Assembly (NCBI GenBank): GCA_963823555.1
Contig: CAWGMA010000001.1
Coordinates: forward strand, 1,280,001-1,344,000
DNA length: 64,000 nucleotides
DNA from: Candidatus Eiseniibacteriota bacterium
Lineage (GTDB): Bacteria > Eisenbacteria > RBG-16-71-46 > CAVPCR01
Reading direction: 5' to 3'
This document shows positions 30,524-40,700 of this stretch, piece after piece; position 1 is the first letter of the stretch, and the number at the start of each line of letters is the position of its first letter. Position numbers and translations under genes: made by a program. Below the pieces are notes generated by a model, which was not told the origin of the DNA, made no database searches, and saw only the letters and a program-made list of their open reading frames with translations.

Positions 30524-31264
30524 GTGGTTCAGAAGCGCCTCACGAAACGCCAGATGAAGGAGGACCCGCTCCTCACCTGGACCGTGCGCATCGAGAACTA
30601 CTTCGAGACCAATCTCAAGCGCATTGCCCTCGTTGCGCTCGGCATCGCCGTCGCGGTCGCTCTGGTCTTCGTCGTGCGGGGAGCCCGGCGCGGCGCCGAG
30701 AGCGAGGCCTCCGAGCTCCTTGCGCAGGCCCAGTTCGCGCTGTGGTCGGGGGATGCCAGCCAGGCCGCCACGGTTGCCAGTCAGGTGGTCGAGCGCTCTT
30801 CGGGCACGCGAAGTGGCCGCATGGCCTATCTCGTGCAGGGCGACGCGCTCTTGCAGACCGGTGACGCCGAGGGTGCGATCACCGCCTACCGGACGTTCCT
30901 CGATCGCGAGCGCCACGACGACACCATGCGTCTGGTGGCGCGCCGCGGTCTGGCGGTTGCCCTCGACGATGCAGGGAAGTACGCGGAGGCGGCCCAGGCC
31001 TACGAGGAGCTGGCACGAGAGGGTCAAGGAGCGCTCGCCGAGCGCCGGCCGTCCCCGACGCGCCCCGGCATGCCCAAGCCGGAGGCCGCGATCATCCAGG
31101 ATCTCATGTCAGCGGCTCGCAGCTATGAGCGAACCGGAGACCCCGCCAAGGCTCAGACCCTCTACCAGGAGATCATCGACAAGTATCCGACCGAGATGCA
31201 GACGGTCGATGCCAAGCTTCGCCTGTTCGAGCTCGAGCAGCGTACCGCTGGCAGCTCGTCCTAG
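30524..31264 (+). CDS. Membrane-anchored TPR protein (YfgM-like)
   Basis: N-terminal basic segment, one TM helix, TPR helices; AAGGAG RBS. Confidence 0.75.
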   Translation: MVQKRLTKRQMKEDPLLTWTVRIENYFETNLKRIALVALGIAVAVALVFVVRGARRGAESEASELLAQAQFALWSGDASQAATVASQVVERSSGTRSGRMAYLVQGDALLQTGDAEGAITAYRTFLDRERHDDTMRLVARRGLAVALDDAGKYAEAAQAYEELAREGQGALAERRPSPTRPGMPKPEAAIIQDLMSAARSYERTGDPAKAQTLYQEIIDKYPTEMQTVDAKLRLFELEQRTAGSSS

Positions 31265-31332
31265 GAAGGGCCGAAACCCGCAGCGCGGGTCTCGGATTCG
31301 AGACGCCCGAGAAGAGGTCCCTCGCAACGCCG

Positions 31333-33516
31333 ATGGCGGAACCGCGCCACCAGAAGATCTGTCTCGCCCTGGTGTGGCACATGCATCAGCCACACTACGA
31401 AAACCCCTTTACCGGCCAGTTCGAGTTGCCCTGGGTCCGGCTTCACGGGACCAAGGACTACTACGACATGGCCGCGCTCGCCGAGAACTACCCGCGAGTA
31501 CGCTTCACGATCAACGTCGTGCCGAGCCTGCTCGAGCAGATCGACGACTATGTGAGCGGCCGCCGTACCGATCGCTTCTTCGATCTGTCGCGGCGCGGGC
31601 CGGCCGAACTCGACGCCGAGGAGCGTCGCTTCGTGGAGGAGAACTTCTTCTCCGCCAATGAGGCGACCATGCTCACCCGTTACCCGCGGCTGAGCGAGCT
31701 CCATCGGCGGTTCCGGAACCGGCTCCCCGGCCGGCAGGAACAGCTGTTCTCCGATTCCGAGCTCCGCGACCTCATCGTCCTCTTCAACCTGGTCTGGATC
31801 GACCCCACGTTCTTCGTCGATCCGGAGCTCAAGCGACTGGCGGACAAGGGCCGGCACTTCAGCGAGGAGGACAAGCACCAGGTCCTGGACCGGCACCTCG
31901 AGATTCTCGCCTCGATCGCGCCTCTCTACCGGCGGCTCGCCGATGCCGGGCGGATCGAGCTCGCGGTGAGCCCCTACTATCATCCGATCCTCCCTCTCCT
32001 GCTCGATTCGCACGCGGCGCGCGAATCGATGCCCGATGTCCGGTTGCCGCGGGTGCACATCGCCTATCCCGAGGACTTCGATTCCCAGGTCGGGGAGGCG
32101 ATCACCCGCTTCGAGTCCGTCTTCGGTCGACGGCCGGAGGGGATGTGGCCTTCCGAGGGGTCGGTCTCCGACGCGGCGGTGCGCCGGCTGCTCGGCCGCG
32201 GGCTCAGCTGGGTCGCCTCCGACGAGGAGATTCTCCATCGCTCCGAGCTCGATGGACTCGCTGCCGATCCGCGGTATGCGTATCTCCTCGGCGATGGGAA
32301 CGGCCAGGATCTGGCGCTGGTCTTCCGGCACAAGCGGCTCTCGGATCTCATCGGTTTCAGCTACATGAACTGGGATCCCAAGGAGGCGGCGCGCGACTTC
32401 GCCGAGCAAGTGGTCCGGGCGGCCGGGGAGCCGAACGGCGACGTGCCGCTCGTCCCCGTCATCCTCGATGGCGAGAACTGCTGGGAGTACTACCCGGAGG
32501 ATGGGCTCTTCTTCCTCCGTGAGCTGTACGCGCTCCTCGATCGCCATCCGGTCATCGAGACGGTGACCGTATCCGATTACATCACCCGTTATCCGCCGCG
32601 GCGTCGCATCCAGCGCCTGTTCGCGGGGTCGTGGATCAATCACAATTTCTCGATTTGGATCGGCCACCCGGAGGACAACGCCGCCTGGGATCTCCTGGCT
32701 CGCACGCGGGCGGCGGTCGTGGCAGCCGCCGCCGGGCGCATGCCGGGCGATCCCGGGATCGCAGCTGCGTTCCGCCATGTGGCGATCGCCGAGGGTTCGG
32801 ACTGGTTCTGGTGGTACGGGGACGATCACTGGTGCGCCCATATCGAGGTCTTCGATCAGCTATTTCGGGCCCACCTGACTGCGGCGCACGAGGCAGCGGG
32901 ACTCGTGCCGCCACCCGAGCTGCGCGGACAGATCAAGGGGCGCTTCGGCCGACCTCGTCTCGATCAGCAAGTTCCGGTGCGTTTCATCACGCCCACCATC
33001 GATGGCCGGGTGACCCACTTCTACGAGTGGAAGCTGGCGGGGAAGGTGGAGGCGGCCCAGGGTGGAGGGGCGATGCACCAGGTCGACGGCCACCTGCGCG
33101 CGCTCCACTATGGCTTCGACCTGGAGCACCTTTTCGTCCGCGTGGACGGGAATTCGCGCTTTGTGTCCAACTCCAACCATGGTGAGATCCTGGTGATCGA
33201 GGTCACCCAGCCGCACCGGGTGCGGCTGGAAATCCCGGTCGAGCCGCGGGACGGGCGGCCCCGACCCGCGCGGCTCTGGCGCTTTGTCGATGGCACGTTC
33301 CAGGAGGAACCCTCGCGAGCCGTGTGCGCCGTCGATCAGGTGATCGAGGTGAGCCTGCCCTTCGCCGAGCTCATGGTGGGCGATGGTGACCTGATCGAGA
33401 TGGCCGTGCTCCGAGTGACCAACGGGCGTACCGTGGAGGCGCTACCGGCGCGATCGCCGGTCGTGTTCCAGGCACCGGGCGCGGATTTCGAGGCGATGAT
33501 GTGGTCGGCCTCATGA
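31333..33516 (+). CDS. Glycoside hydrolase family 57 (amylopullulanase-like)
   Basis: WHMHQP, PYYHPILPL, WPSEG (nucleophile), LDGENCWE (acid/base), AEGSDWFWW. Confidence 0.9.
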   Translation: MAEPRHQKICLALVWHMHQPHYENPFTGQFELPWVRLHGTKDYYDMAALAENYPRVRFTINVVPSLLEQIDDYVSGRRTDRFFDLSRRGPAELDAEERRFVEENFFSANEATMLTRYPRLSELHRRFRNRLPGRQEQLFSDSELRDLIVLFNLVWIDPTFFVDPELKRLADKGRHFSEEDKHQVLDRHLEILASIAPLYRRLADAGRIELAVSPYYHPILPLLLDSHAARESMPDVRLPRVHIAYPEDFDSQVGEAITRFESVFGRRPEGMWPSEGSVSDAAVRRLLGRGLSWVASDEEILHRSELDGLAADPRYAYLLGDGNGQDLALVFRHKRLSDLIGFSYMNWDPKEAARDFAEQVVRAAGEPNGDVPLVPVILDGENCWEYYPEDGLFFLRELYALLDRHPVIETVTVSDYITRYPPRRRIQRLFAGSWINHNFSIWIGHPEDNAAWDLLARTRAAVVAAAAGRMPGDPGIAAAFRHVAIAEGSDWFWWYGDDHWCAHIEVFDQLFRAHLTAAHEAAGLVPPPELRGQIKGRFGRPRLDQQVPVRFITPTIDGRVTHFYEWKLAGKVEAAQGGGAMHQVDGHLRALHYGFDLEHLFVRVDGNSRFVSNSNHGEILVIEVTQPHRVRLEIPVEPRDGRPRPARLWRFVDGTFQEEPSRAVCAVDQVIEVSLPFAELMVGDGDLIEMAVLRVTNGRTVEALPARSPVVFQAPGADFEAMMWSAS

Positions 33517-33541
33517 TGAGGCCGAGGGGAGGGCCGGCCCC

Positions 33542-33928
33542 GTGAACGACGAGATGAAGAGGCCCCTGGATCCGAATGCGTACCCGGATGAGACCGACCA
33601 GGGCCGGGTCCTCGCCGCCCTGTCCTATGTACCGTTTCTCTGCTTCTTGCCCTACTTCCTCGCCCCCGGTGACGAATTCGCTCGCCACCACGCCCGCCAG
33701 GGCTTCCTCCTGCTTGTTCTCCTGATCGTGCTCGGGGTCGCGCTGCGCGTGATCGAATGGGCCCTGGCAGGATTGCCCGTGCTCGGCATCATTGTCATCA
33801 CGCTGGCCCGATTGAGTTTTGGTCTGACCCTCCTCGGCCTGGCCGTGGTCGGGGCGCTCAAAGCCCTGGTCGGCGAGCGGTTCACGCTGCCAGGGCTCGA
33901 TCGCATCTCGAACCGCGTGCCGCTTTGA
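33542..33928 (+). CDS. DUF4870 / Tic20-like small membrane protein
   Basis: LAALSY..FARHHARQG..GERFTLP. Confidence 0.75.
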   Translation: MNDEMKRPLDPNAYPDETDQGRVLAALSYVPFLCFLPYFLAPGDEFARHHARQGFLLLVLLIVLGVALRVIEWALAGLPVLGIIVITLARLSFGLTLLGLAVVGALKALVGERFTLPGLDRISNRVPL

Positions 33929-34191
33929 AGTGCTGGAAGAAGCGCCGACCTTGCGCCCCTTGCTCACGTGCGTCAACGCGCGACCGTTTCCGCTGAAACA
34001 TCCGTCGTTCGTGCTTCAGGGGCTGACCCGGACGACCGGGGTTCCCGTGATCGGAACCGACCCGGCATCCGGGCCGGGGTGCTCGCTTTTGCCCTTGTGC
34101 CTCCTTTCGACCATGCCATATTGAAGACGCCCCGGTCCCGGCGCCCATGAGAATCGGCTCGTGGCGTAACCCCCGGCGGCTAGAACCCCCC

Positions 34192-35337
34192 ATGACTCAC
34201 TCGACCTCGACCACCGCTCGAAAGAACTGGATTGTCGTAGCTGAGACCCTTGGCCCGCGCTTCATGGCGCGCGCCGCGGCGAGCGACGCCACCGATGCCT
34301 TTGTCGCCGACAACTACGCGGACCTGCGCTCCGAGCGCGTCATGTCGGCCGGAGTTCCCGCCGCGCTTGGTGGGGGAGACGCCTCGCACGCCGAGCTGTG
34401 CGGGATGTTGCGCGTGCTCGGCCGGCATTGCGGCTCGACGGCGCTGGCACTGTCCATGCACATGCATCAGGTGGCGTTCACCACCTGGCGCTGGCGGAAA
34501 GGGCAGGCCCAGGTCGAGCCGCTCTTGAAGCGCATCGCCGCCGAGGAACTCGTGATCGCCACCAGCGGCGGCTCGGACTGGATCGCCGGTTCGGGCCGCG
34601 CCGAGAGAGTCGAGGGTGGCTATCGCGTGAGCGGACGCAAGGTCTTCACGAGCGGCGTCCCCGCGGCCGGCATCTTCAATACCTGCGCCATCGTCGAGGA
34701 GAGCGGCGCTGGTCCCAGCGTCCTCCATTTTTCTCTGCCGCTCGATCACGAAGGCGTCAAGATCCTGGATACCTGGCATACGCTCGGCATGCGCGGCACG
34801 GGTTCACAGGACCTCATCCTCGAAAACGTCTTCGTGCCGGAGACGGCGATCGGCCTCCGCCGCGAGCCCGGGAAGTGGAACGCCATGTTCCACGTCCTTT
34901 CCGTGCTTGCTCTCCCGCTCATCTACTCCGTCTATGTCGGACTGGCCGAGGGGGCGCGGGATATCGCCGTCGCCGCGGCCAAGAAGAGAGGCAAGGGAAG
35001 TAGTGACCCGCACCTTCCTCTTCTGGTGGGGGAGATGGAGAACGAGCTCGCCCAGGCCCAGCTCGCCCTGGCGAGCATGATCGACCTCGCGGCGAACGCG
35101 GAGCCCGGTCCGGAGACGACCAACGCCGCTGTCATCCGGCGCACCCTGGCCGGAATGGCCGCCATCCATACCGTCGAGAAGGCGATGGAGGTGGCCGGTG
35201 GCGCTGCGTTCTACCGCGAGCTTGGTCTCGAACGCATGTTCCGCGACGTGCAGGCGGCCCGTTATCATCCGCTGCAGGAGAAGGTGCAGCTCCGCCTGAC
35301 GGGTCGGTTTGCGCTCGGCCTCGACATCGACGGCTGA
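34192..35337 (+). CDS. Acyl-CoA dehydrogenase family flavoprotein
   Basis: GSTALALSMH, GRKVFTSG, WHTLGMRGTGS, LERMFRDVQA. Confidence 0.88.
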   Translation: MTHSTSTTARKNWIVVAETLGPRFMARAAASDATDAFVADNYADLRSERVMSAGVPAALGGGDASHAELCGMLRVLGRHCGSTALALSMHMHQVAFTTWRWRKGQAQVEPLLKRIAAEELVIATSGGSDWIAGSGRAERVEGGYRVSGRKVFTSGVPAAGIFNTCAIVEESGAGPSVLHFSLPLDHEGVKILDTWHTLGMRGTGSQDLILENVFVPETAIGLRREPGKWNAMFHVLSVLALPLIYSVYVGLAEGARDIAVAAAKKRGKGSSDPHLPLLVGEMENELAQAQLALASMIDLAANAEPGPETTNAAVIRRTLAGMAAIHTVEKAMEVAGGAAFYRELGLERMFRDVQAARYHPLQEKVQLRLTGRFALGLDIDG

Positions 35338-35354
35338 GGGCCCTCCTTTCGGGC

Positions 35355-35383
35355 TTGTAATGCTTGCGTAGTACAATTATTGT
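35355..35383 (+). promoter_or_regulatory. Putative marR promoter with an overlapping palindrome
   Basis: TTGTAA-N17-TATTGT; palindrome AT-N2-TTG-N7-CAA-N2-AT at 35360-35380. Confidence 0.5.
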
Positions 35384-35391
35384 TTGGCCCC

Positions 35392-35934
35392 ATGAGCTCG
35401 GCCCGCTCCAGCCCGGATCGCCCCGGCGATGAACTCACCCGCGCCTTCCGCCGCCTGGTGCGTGCGGTGAGCCAGCTCGAGGGCGAGGCCATGGCCGCCG
35501 CCGGGCTGCCGCGTGCGCAGGCGCATGGGCTCCTGGCCGTGGCCGCCATGGGGCGTCCGGCGATGACCATGGTCGCGAGGGAGCTGAGCCTGGCGCCGAG
35601 CACGGTGACCCGCCTCTTGGATCCGCTGGTCCGCCGCGGGTTGCTGAAGCGGGAAGCTTCCTCCGATGATCGGCGGATCGTGGTCGTGGCCTTGACCGCC
35701 GCCGGCAGGCACGCCGTGGAGCGGCTCGAGTCGGAGCTGGATCTGGCCTACGCCAGGCTCACCGCCGGCGCCGGCCCCGGGAGTCGCAAGCGCTTCCTCG
35801 CCGCGGCTCGCGAGCTGGCCGGAGCCATCGAACAAGTTCGGGTCGAGGCAGATCCAGGAGCGTCAAGGAGCCGCCAGGCGGGAAAGCGGGCGGCGCCCCG
35901 AGGACCGCGCCGGGCGGCGCCGCGAGCCCGGTAG
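35392..35934 (+). CDS. MarR family transcriptional regulator
   Basis: ARELSLAPSTVTRLLDPLVRRGLLKR..DDRRIVVVALTAAG. Confidence 0.9.
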   Translation: MSSARSSPDRPGDELTRAFRRLVRAVSQLEGEAMAAAGLPRAQAHGLLAVAAMGRPAMTMVARELSLAPSTVTRLLDPLVRRGLLKREASSDDRRIVVVALTAAGRHAVERLESELDLAYARLTAGAGPGSRKRFLAAARELAGAIEQVRVEADPGASRSRQAGKRAAPRGPRRAAPRAR

Positions 35935-35946
35935 GCTGCGCGGCGT

Positions 35947-35974
35947 ATGGCGCATAATATATCTTATGTCAAGT
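35947..35974 (+). other. dif: dif site (XerC/XerD chromosome dimer resolution)
   Basis: ATGGCGCATAA-TATATC-TTATGTCAAGT versus E. coli GGTGCGCATAA-TGTATA-TTATGTTAAAT; intergenic, at the point where gene orientation converges. Confidence 0.85.
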
Positions 35975-36128
35975 TATGCGTCTGCACGCTGGCCGGGCTG
36001 AAGGACGCGAAAGGCGGGGTGTGGTCCGCAACGCGCTGGCCCTCGATAGGCTGCTTGCGTAACGGTTGCATGGCTGACGCGGCTGCCGGTTCCCAGAGGG
36101 CGACACGGCGGGGATGCGGTGTGCGCGC

Positions 36129-36767
36129 TCAGAACTGCGCCTTGATCGAACCCCATGTTGCGTTGTCGAGCGGGGGGCCGCCCTGGCAGGCATCGACCCC
36201 GCCCTGACCGATGCAGATGCGGCCAAGGCGTTGGTCCTCCCCTGTCTCGATCAAGTCGATTCCTTGCTGGCAGTCGAGAACGTGCGTCGCGAACGGATAG
36301 GAGGACTGGACCTGGCGCAGGCAGCCGCCCGAGGCGGTGAAGAACATGCGGCCGACGACGGCGAGCTGTGGCCCATAGAGGAAGTTGAACGCGGTCGTGA
36401 TCGAGCCGGCCGTCGCTCCAAGGGGTGCCGCCGGGGACACGGCGGAGAGCTGGCCGGGCTGGCAATCCCAGAGCCCGAAGGTGAAGGCCCAGCCGGGATC
36501 GGTCTCGAAGGCGGTCTGAAGGCCCGCAATGCACGAGAAGTTGTGGACGAGCAGGAAGACGGTGGTCGCGCCGGGGGGCACGCTCACGGTTGGAAGGACC
36601 GTGCCGCAGTCGACAGGGAGGTACCCGAGGCAAGCTTCGAAACTCGATGTGGCGCCGTGAAGAGGCAGTGAGACATAGGGGTTCTGGCCGCCAACGGCGC
36701 CAGCGGCGCTGCCCAACCCAGCGAGGACGAGTGCCGCTACAGCTAAGGCCTTGGCCGGAGAGCGCAT
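36129..36767 (-). CDS. Secreted Cys-rich hypothetical protein with a C-terminal TWGxIK motif (paralog 1)
   Basis: Signal peptide, 8 Cys, ends DNATWGSIKAQF; AAGGAG RBS. Confidence 0.85.
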   Translation of the reverse strand: MRSPAKALAVAALVLAGLGSAAGAVGGQNPYVSLPLHGATSSFEACLGYLPVDCGTVLPTVSVPPGATTVFLLVHNFSCIAGLQTAFETDPGWAFTFGLWDCQPGQLSAVSPAAPLGATAGSITTAFNFLYGPQLAVVGRMFFTASGGCLRQVQSSYPFATHVLDCQQGIDLIETGEDQRLGRICIGQGGVDACQGGPPLDNATWGSIKAQF

Positions 36768-36864
36768 CGGCTTTCTCCTTGGCGTGCTGCTTCAGGTTGG
36801 GAGACGGACACCGGGCAGTCTAGCACGATTCCCGGGACTGGCCCGGCGCCAGGGGACGTGGATG

Positions 36865-36905
36865 GAAAGGAAAACGCGGGCGGCTCAATTCCAGAGCCGC
36901 CCGCG
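36865..36905 (-). terminator. Rho-independent terminator
   Basis: 12-bp stem CGCGGGCGGCTC/GAGCCGCCCGCG, 7-nt loop, followed by TTTTCCTTT on the minus strand. Confidence 0.8.
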
Positions 36906-36944
36906 CTTACAACCTGAAGGCCGGGCAGTGAAGTATCAGGAAGG

Positions 36945-37565
36945 CTAGAAGGACGCCTTGATCTGGCCCCAGGTGGAGGATTCGACCGCGGATACCGGAT
37001 CGCAAGCATCGACGCCGCCTGGCCCCACGCAGACCTTGCCGACTCGTCCCTGCTCCTGATCGGTGATCTGATCGATGCCGCCCTCACAGTCGAGGACGTG
37101 AATTCCGAAAGGATAGGTCGATTGAACCTGACTGATGCAGCCCGTGGAGGCGGTCAAGAAGATCCGGCCGGCCACGGCCAGCGCCGGTCCGTTCAGAAAA
37201 TTGAAGGCGGTCGTGATCGAACCGGCGGTCGGCCCGAGGGGCGCGGCCGGAGTCACGGCGGAGAGCTGGCCGGGCTGGCAATCCCAGAGGCCGAAACCGA
37301 AGGTCCAGCCTTCGACCTCGAAGGCGGTCTGCACGCCGGCGATGCAGTTGTAGTTCATCATCAAGAGGAAGATGGCCGCAGGGCCGGCTGCGATTTCAAC
37401 CGTCGGTCGCGTGCTGGTGCAATCCACTGGCTGGTAGCCAGTGCAGGCCTCGAAGCCGGACGCCTTGACGTGCAGCGGCAGCGTGACCTGGGGATTCTGC
37501 CCGGCAAGCGCGGCCGTGCTCGCGGCGAGGACGAGGATGGTCAAGAAGACTGTCACAATACGCAT
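36945..37565 (-). CDS. Secreted Cys-rich hypothetical protein with a C-terminal TWGxIK motif (paralog 2)
   Basis: Signal peptide (ALA-GQN), the same 8 Cys, ends AVESSTWGQIKASF; AAGGAGG RBS. Confidence 0.88.
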   Translation of the reverse strand: MRIVTVFLTILVLAASTAALAGQNPQVTLPLHVKASGFEACTGYQPVDCTSTRPTVEIAAGPAAIFLLMMNYNCIAGVQTAFEVEGWTFGFGLWDCQPGQLSAVTPAAPLGPTAGSITTAFNFLNGPALAVAGRIFLTASTGCISQVQSTYPFGIHVLDCEGGIDQITDQEQGRVGKVCVGPGGVDACDPVSAVESSTWGQIKASF

Positions 37566-37732
37566 CGCGAACGTTCCTCCTTAGCTAGGGGCTCCTGCGT
37601 CCATGGAATCCCGGGGGGGCGACACCCGGCCTGGGGTTCTCTACAACCGACTCCTCGACCCGCGCCGCAGATCCCTGCGGAAGGTCTGCGCGGAATCACT
37701 TCCGCTCACCGGACGCCAAAACGCCCAACGGA

Positions 37733-37761
37733 ATGCTAGTCGCAGATTTGCGGCGGGTCAA
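37733..37761 (-). promoter_or_regulatory. sigma70-type promoter for paralog 2
   Basis: Minus strand TTGACC-N17-TAGCAT, about 165 nt upstream of the ATG. Confidence 0.5.
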
Positions 37762-37788
37762 CCCCCCACTGCCGGCTTCTTCCCTGGC

Positions 37789-40700
37789 CTACTTGAGGAG
37801 GACCATCTTCCCGGTCAGGAACTGGTCGCCGATCTCCAGGGCTACGAAGTAGGTCCCGCTCGCCGCGCGGCCGCCGCGATCCGAGCGCCCATCCCACCGT
37901 AGCGCCTGCTCGCCTGTGCCCATCGATCCTTCGGCCAGCGTGCGCACGACGCGTCCCGCGGCATCGAGCACGCGAAGTCGCACCGGGCGCGCACCTCCCG
38001 ACTCCCCCGGTATCACGAAGCGGATCGTGGTCTCGGGGTTGAAGGGGTTGGGGGCTGCCGGGTAGAGGATCGGTGACGAGACGCCCTGGGCTGCGGACTC
38101 CTCCCCCACTCCGATCGACAGGATCGGAGTGCCAAGGGCGCCCGTGTTTCGCACGTCGTGCCGGAAGAAGGGCCAGGCCAGGCGATCGCCATGCACCTCG
38201 CCGGGGAGATCCCAGACGTAGACATTGCGATCATAGGAGGCGGCTACCAGCTCGAGGCGGCCATCCCGGTCCAGATCCCAGACCGCCGTACCCGCCCGTA
38301 GCTCCCCCTGTACCGCGATGGGAAAGCCCTCGAGGTCGCTCCCGTCATGGTTCCAGGCGTAGATGAGCCCATCCTCGGCGCCCAGCAGGATCTCGAGCCG
38401 CCCATCTCCATCCACGTCGACCACGGCGGGTGTGGCCTGGGTCGCGTCCTGGTTCAGGGCGTCCTGGGCGAAGAGCGCGGTCGTGAAGCCCGGGAGCGGT
38501 TGTCCGTACCGCGTCCAGGCATGGAGCTGGCCGTCGTTGGCCGCGAACAGGATATCCAGCTGGCCGTCGCCGTCGAGATCGGCAGGAACGGGAGAACTGG
38601 CATGTCCGTATGCCGAGTTGACGATGGCCGGCCGGGGCCAGCCGGGGAATGAAGCGCCCGTGCCGCGCAGGACGAACACCGAGTCGGATTCGCTGGCCAC
38701 GAGGATCTCGTTCCGGCCGTCACCGTCGAGATCAGCGAACGTGGGTGAGGAGGTGACCGCCCCGCGGGTCACGACCGGCCATCCGGGGAGCACCTGGCCC
38801 GTGCGGCGGAGGGCATGGACCTTGCCATCCATGCTCTGCGTGCCGACCACGATCTCGGGATAGGGATCGGCGTCGATGTTGGCGATTCCCGGCGACGAGT
38901 AGAGATAGGCGCTGCCGGTGACGAGCAGGACGCCCTGCGTTGCGGGATTCTGGTCCCCATCGGCGACTTCGCTGCCGTCGTGGTGCCAGGCGAAGATCTT
39001 GCCCTGGTATCCGGAAGCCACGACGATCTCCATGTCGCCATCGAGATCGAGATCCCCGATGGCGGGAGAAGCCCAGTTGTAATCGCCACCGATCGCCTGC
39101 GGCCATCCCGGCTCGCGGCTCCCGTCAGCGTTCCACACGTACACCCGGGCATCGGTCCAGCCCACAGCGATGATCTCGAGATCGCCATCCCCGGTCAGAT
39201 CCGCGATGGCGGGAGTGGCATGGAAGCCGAAATCGGGGCTCTGGCCATCGGTGGTGAAGACCCCGCTCGTGTTGGGCTGGCCGTCTCCATCGCGTACTTC
39301 CCTGCCGTCGTGATGCCAGGCATAGATCGCGTCGGCTCCGGTCACGAGCTCGAGGTCGCCGTCGCCGTCGAGGTCGTCGATGACCACGCCGGCCGAGGTC
39401 TCCTGTCCCATCTCGATGGGCCAACCAGGAGTCAGCGGCGGGGTCGTGGTCGCCGACACGATGGCTGATGGCACGCTCGCGTTGAACGAGGAATCGCGGG
39501 CGACCACGGCGTAATAGTAGCGCGTGAACGGAGGCAGCCCGGCATCCTCGTAAGTGGCCGAGCCCTCGGCGAGGTTGGCGTTGATGCGGGCGAATGGCCC
39601 TGCAGCTGTGGCTGCCCGCAACACATCGTAGCCGCGAATGTCGCTCGTACCGTCCGGAGTCGACCAGGTGAGGGTGATGTGCGACTCGGTGCCGTGGCCG
39701 AGGAGGTTCGTGACCGGGGGGGGTGGCTCGAGGTCGGCGAGTGCTACCGCAAGAACCCCGTAAGCATCACGCCACGTGAGCTCGAGGAGGACGCTCGCCG
39801 GCTGGACCGCGCTGCCGAGCGTGAAGACGAGCGGATCTCCGGTCATCGTCGCTCCGCTGACCATGTCTCCGAAGTCGGCAAGGCCGTCGGGAATGGCCAC
39901 ACCAGGATGCGGAGTGCGGGTCACGCGATCGAGAACACGTAGCGTGGCACGCACGTCGTCGCTGCGCCCGGGGCCGCGATTGTGCGCTGCGATCGTGTAG
40001 CGAATGGTCTCCCCCGCTTCGGGCATCCCGTTGCCGTTGCCAGCGGGCGGAGCATCGGCGAGTACGTGCGAGTCGTGGAGCACGTTGCCGCGACGGATGG
40101 GCAGGACGAAGGTGTCGGTGAATCCGCCCTGAGCGCTCGTGATGGTGACCTGAAAGACCGGCGCGTAGGCTTCGGGAGCCGTGGGCAAGATACGGGCGAC
40201 GAAGCGTCCGGTGCCGAAGGACTGGGCCTGGGCGGCGATGGTGCCATAGCTCACGGTGGCGCCGGTGATCTCGATCTGGCTCGGGTTCCCGAGGACCGAC
40301 AGTGTGCCGCTGATCCCGGTCGCGGTCGCCGTTCCCGAGTTCTTGAGCATGACGCGGAGTTCGAGCGTCTCCCCCGCCTCGGGCGAGCCGTTGCCGTTGC
40401 CGCTGGAGGGTGGAGTGACATCATCATCGACCGTGGTCTGGACGAGATGCAGGAAGGATCCCGCGGCGGGAGTGACCTGGGCGGTGGCCCGGTAGGGCGC
40501 GGCGTCGGGCCGGGTCACGGTCACCGTGAAGGTACCCGGGGTCGACGGATTGAGGGAGAACGTGGCGGTGCCGTTGCCGGCGGTCGTGCCCAGGGCATAG
40601 GGATCTCCCGCCTTGACCACGGCCACCCTGGCCTCAGCGAGCGGTGCGCCGCCCGCATGGGCCGTCACGGCGAACGCCCCTGTTCCGAGGGCGAGCGTCG

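Noticed and set aside
37566..37730. Riboswitch in the ~160-nt leader of TWGxIK paralog 2
   Set aside because: GC-rich hairpins are possible, but I could not match any known aptamer consensus by eye; an Rfam/Infernal scan is needed.
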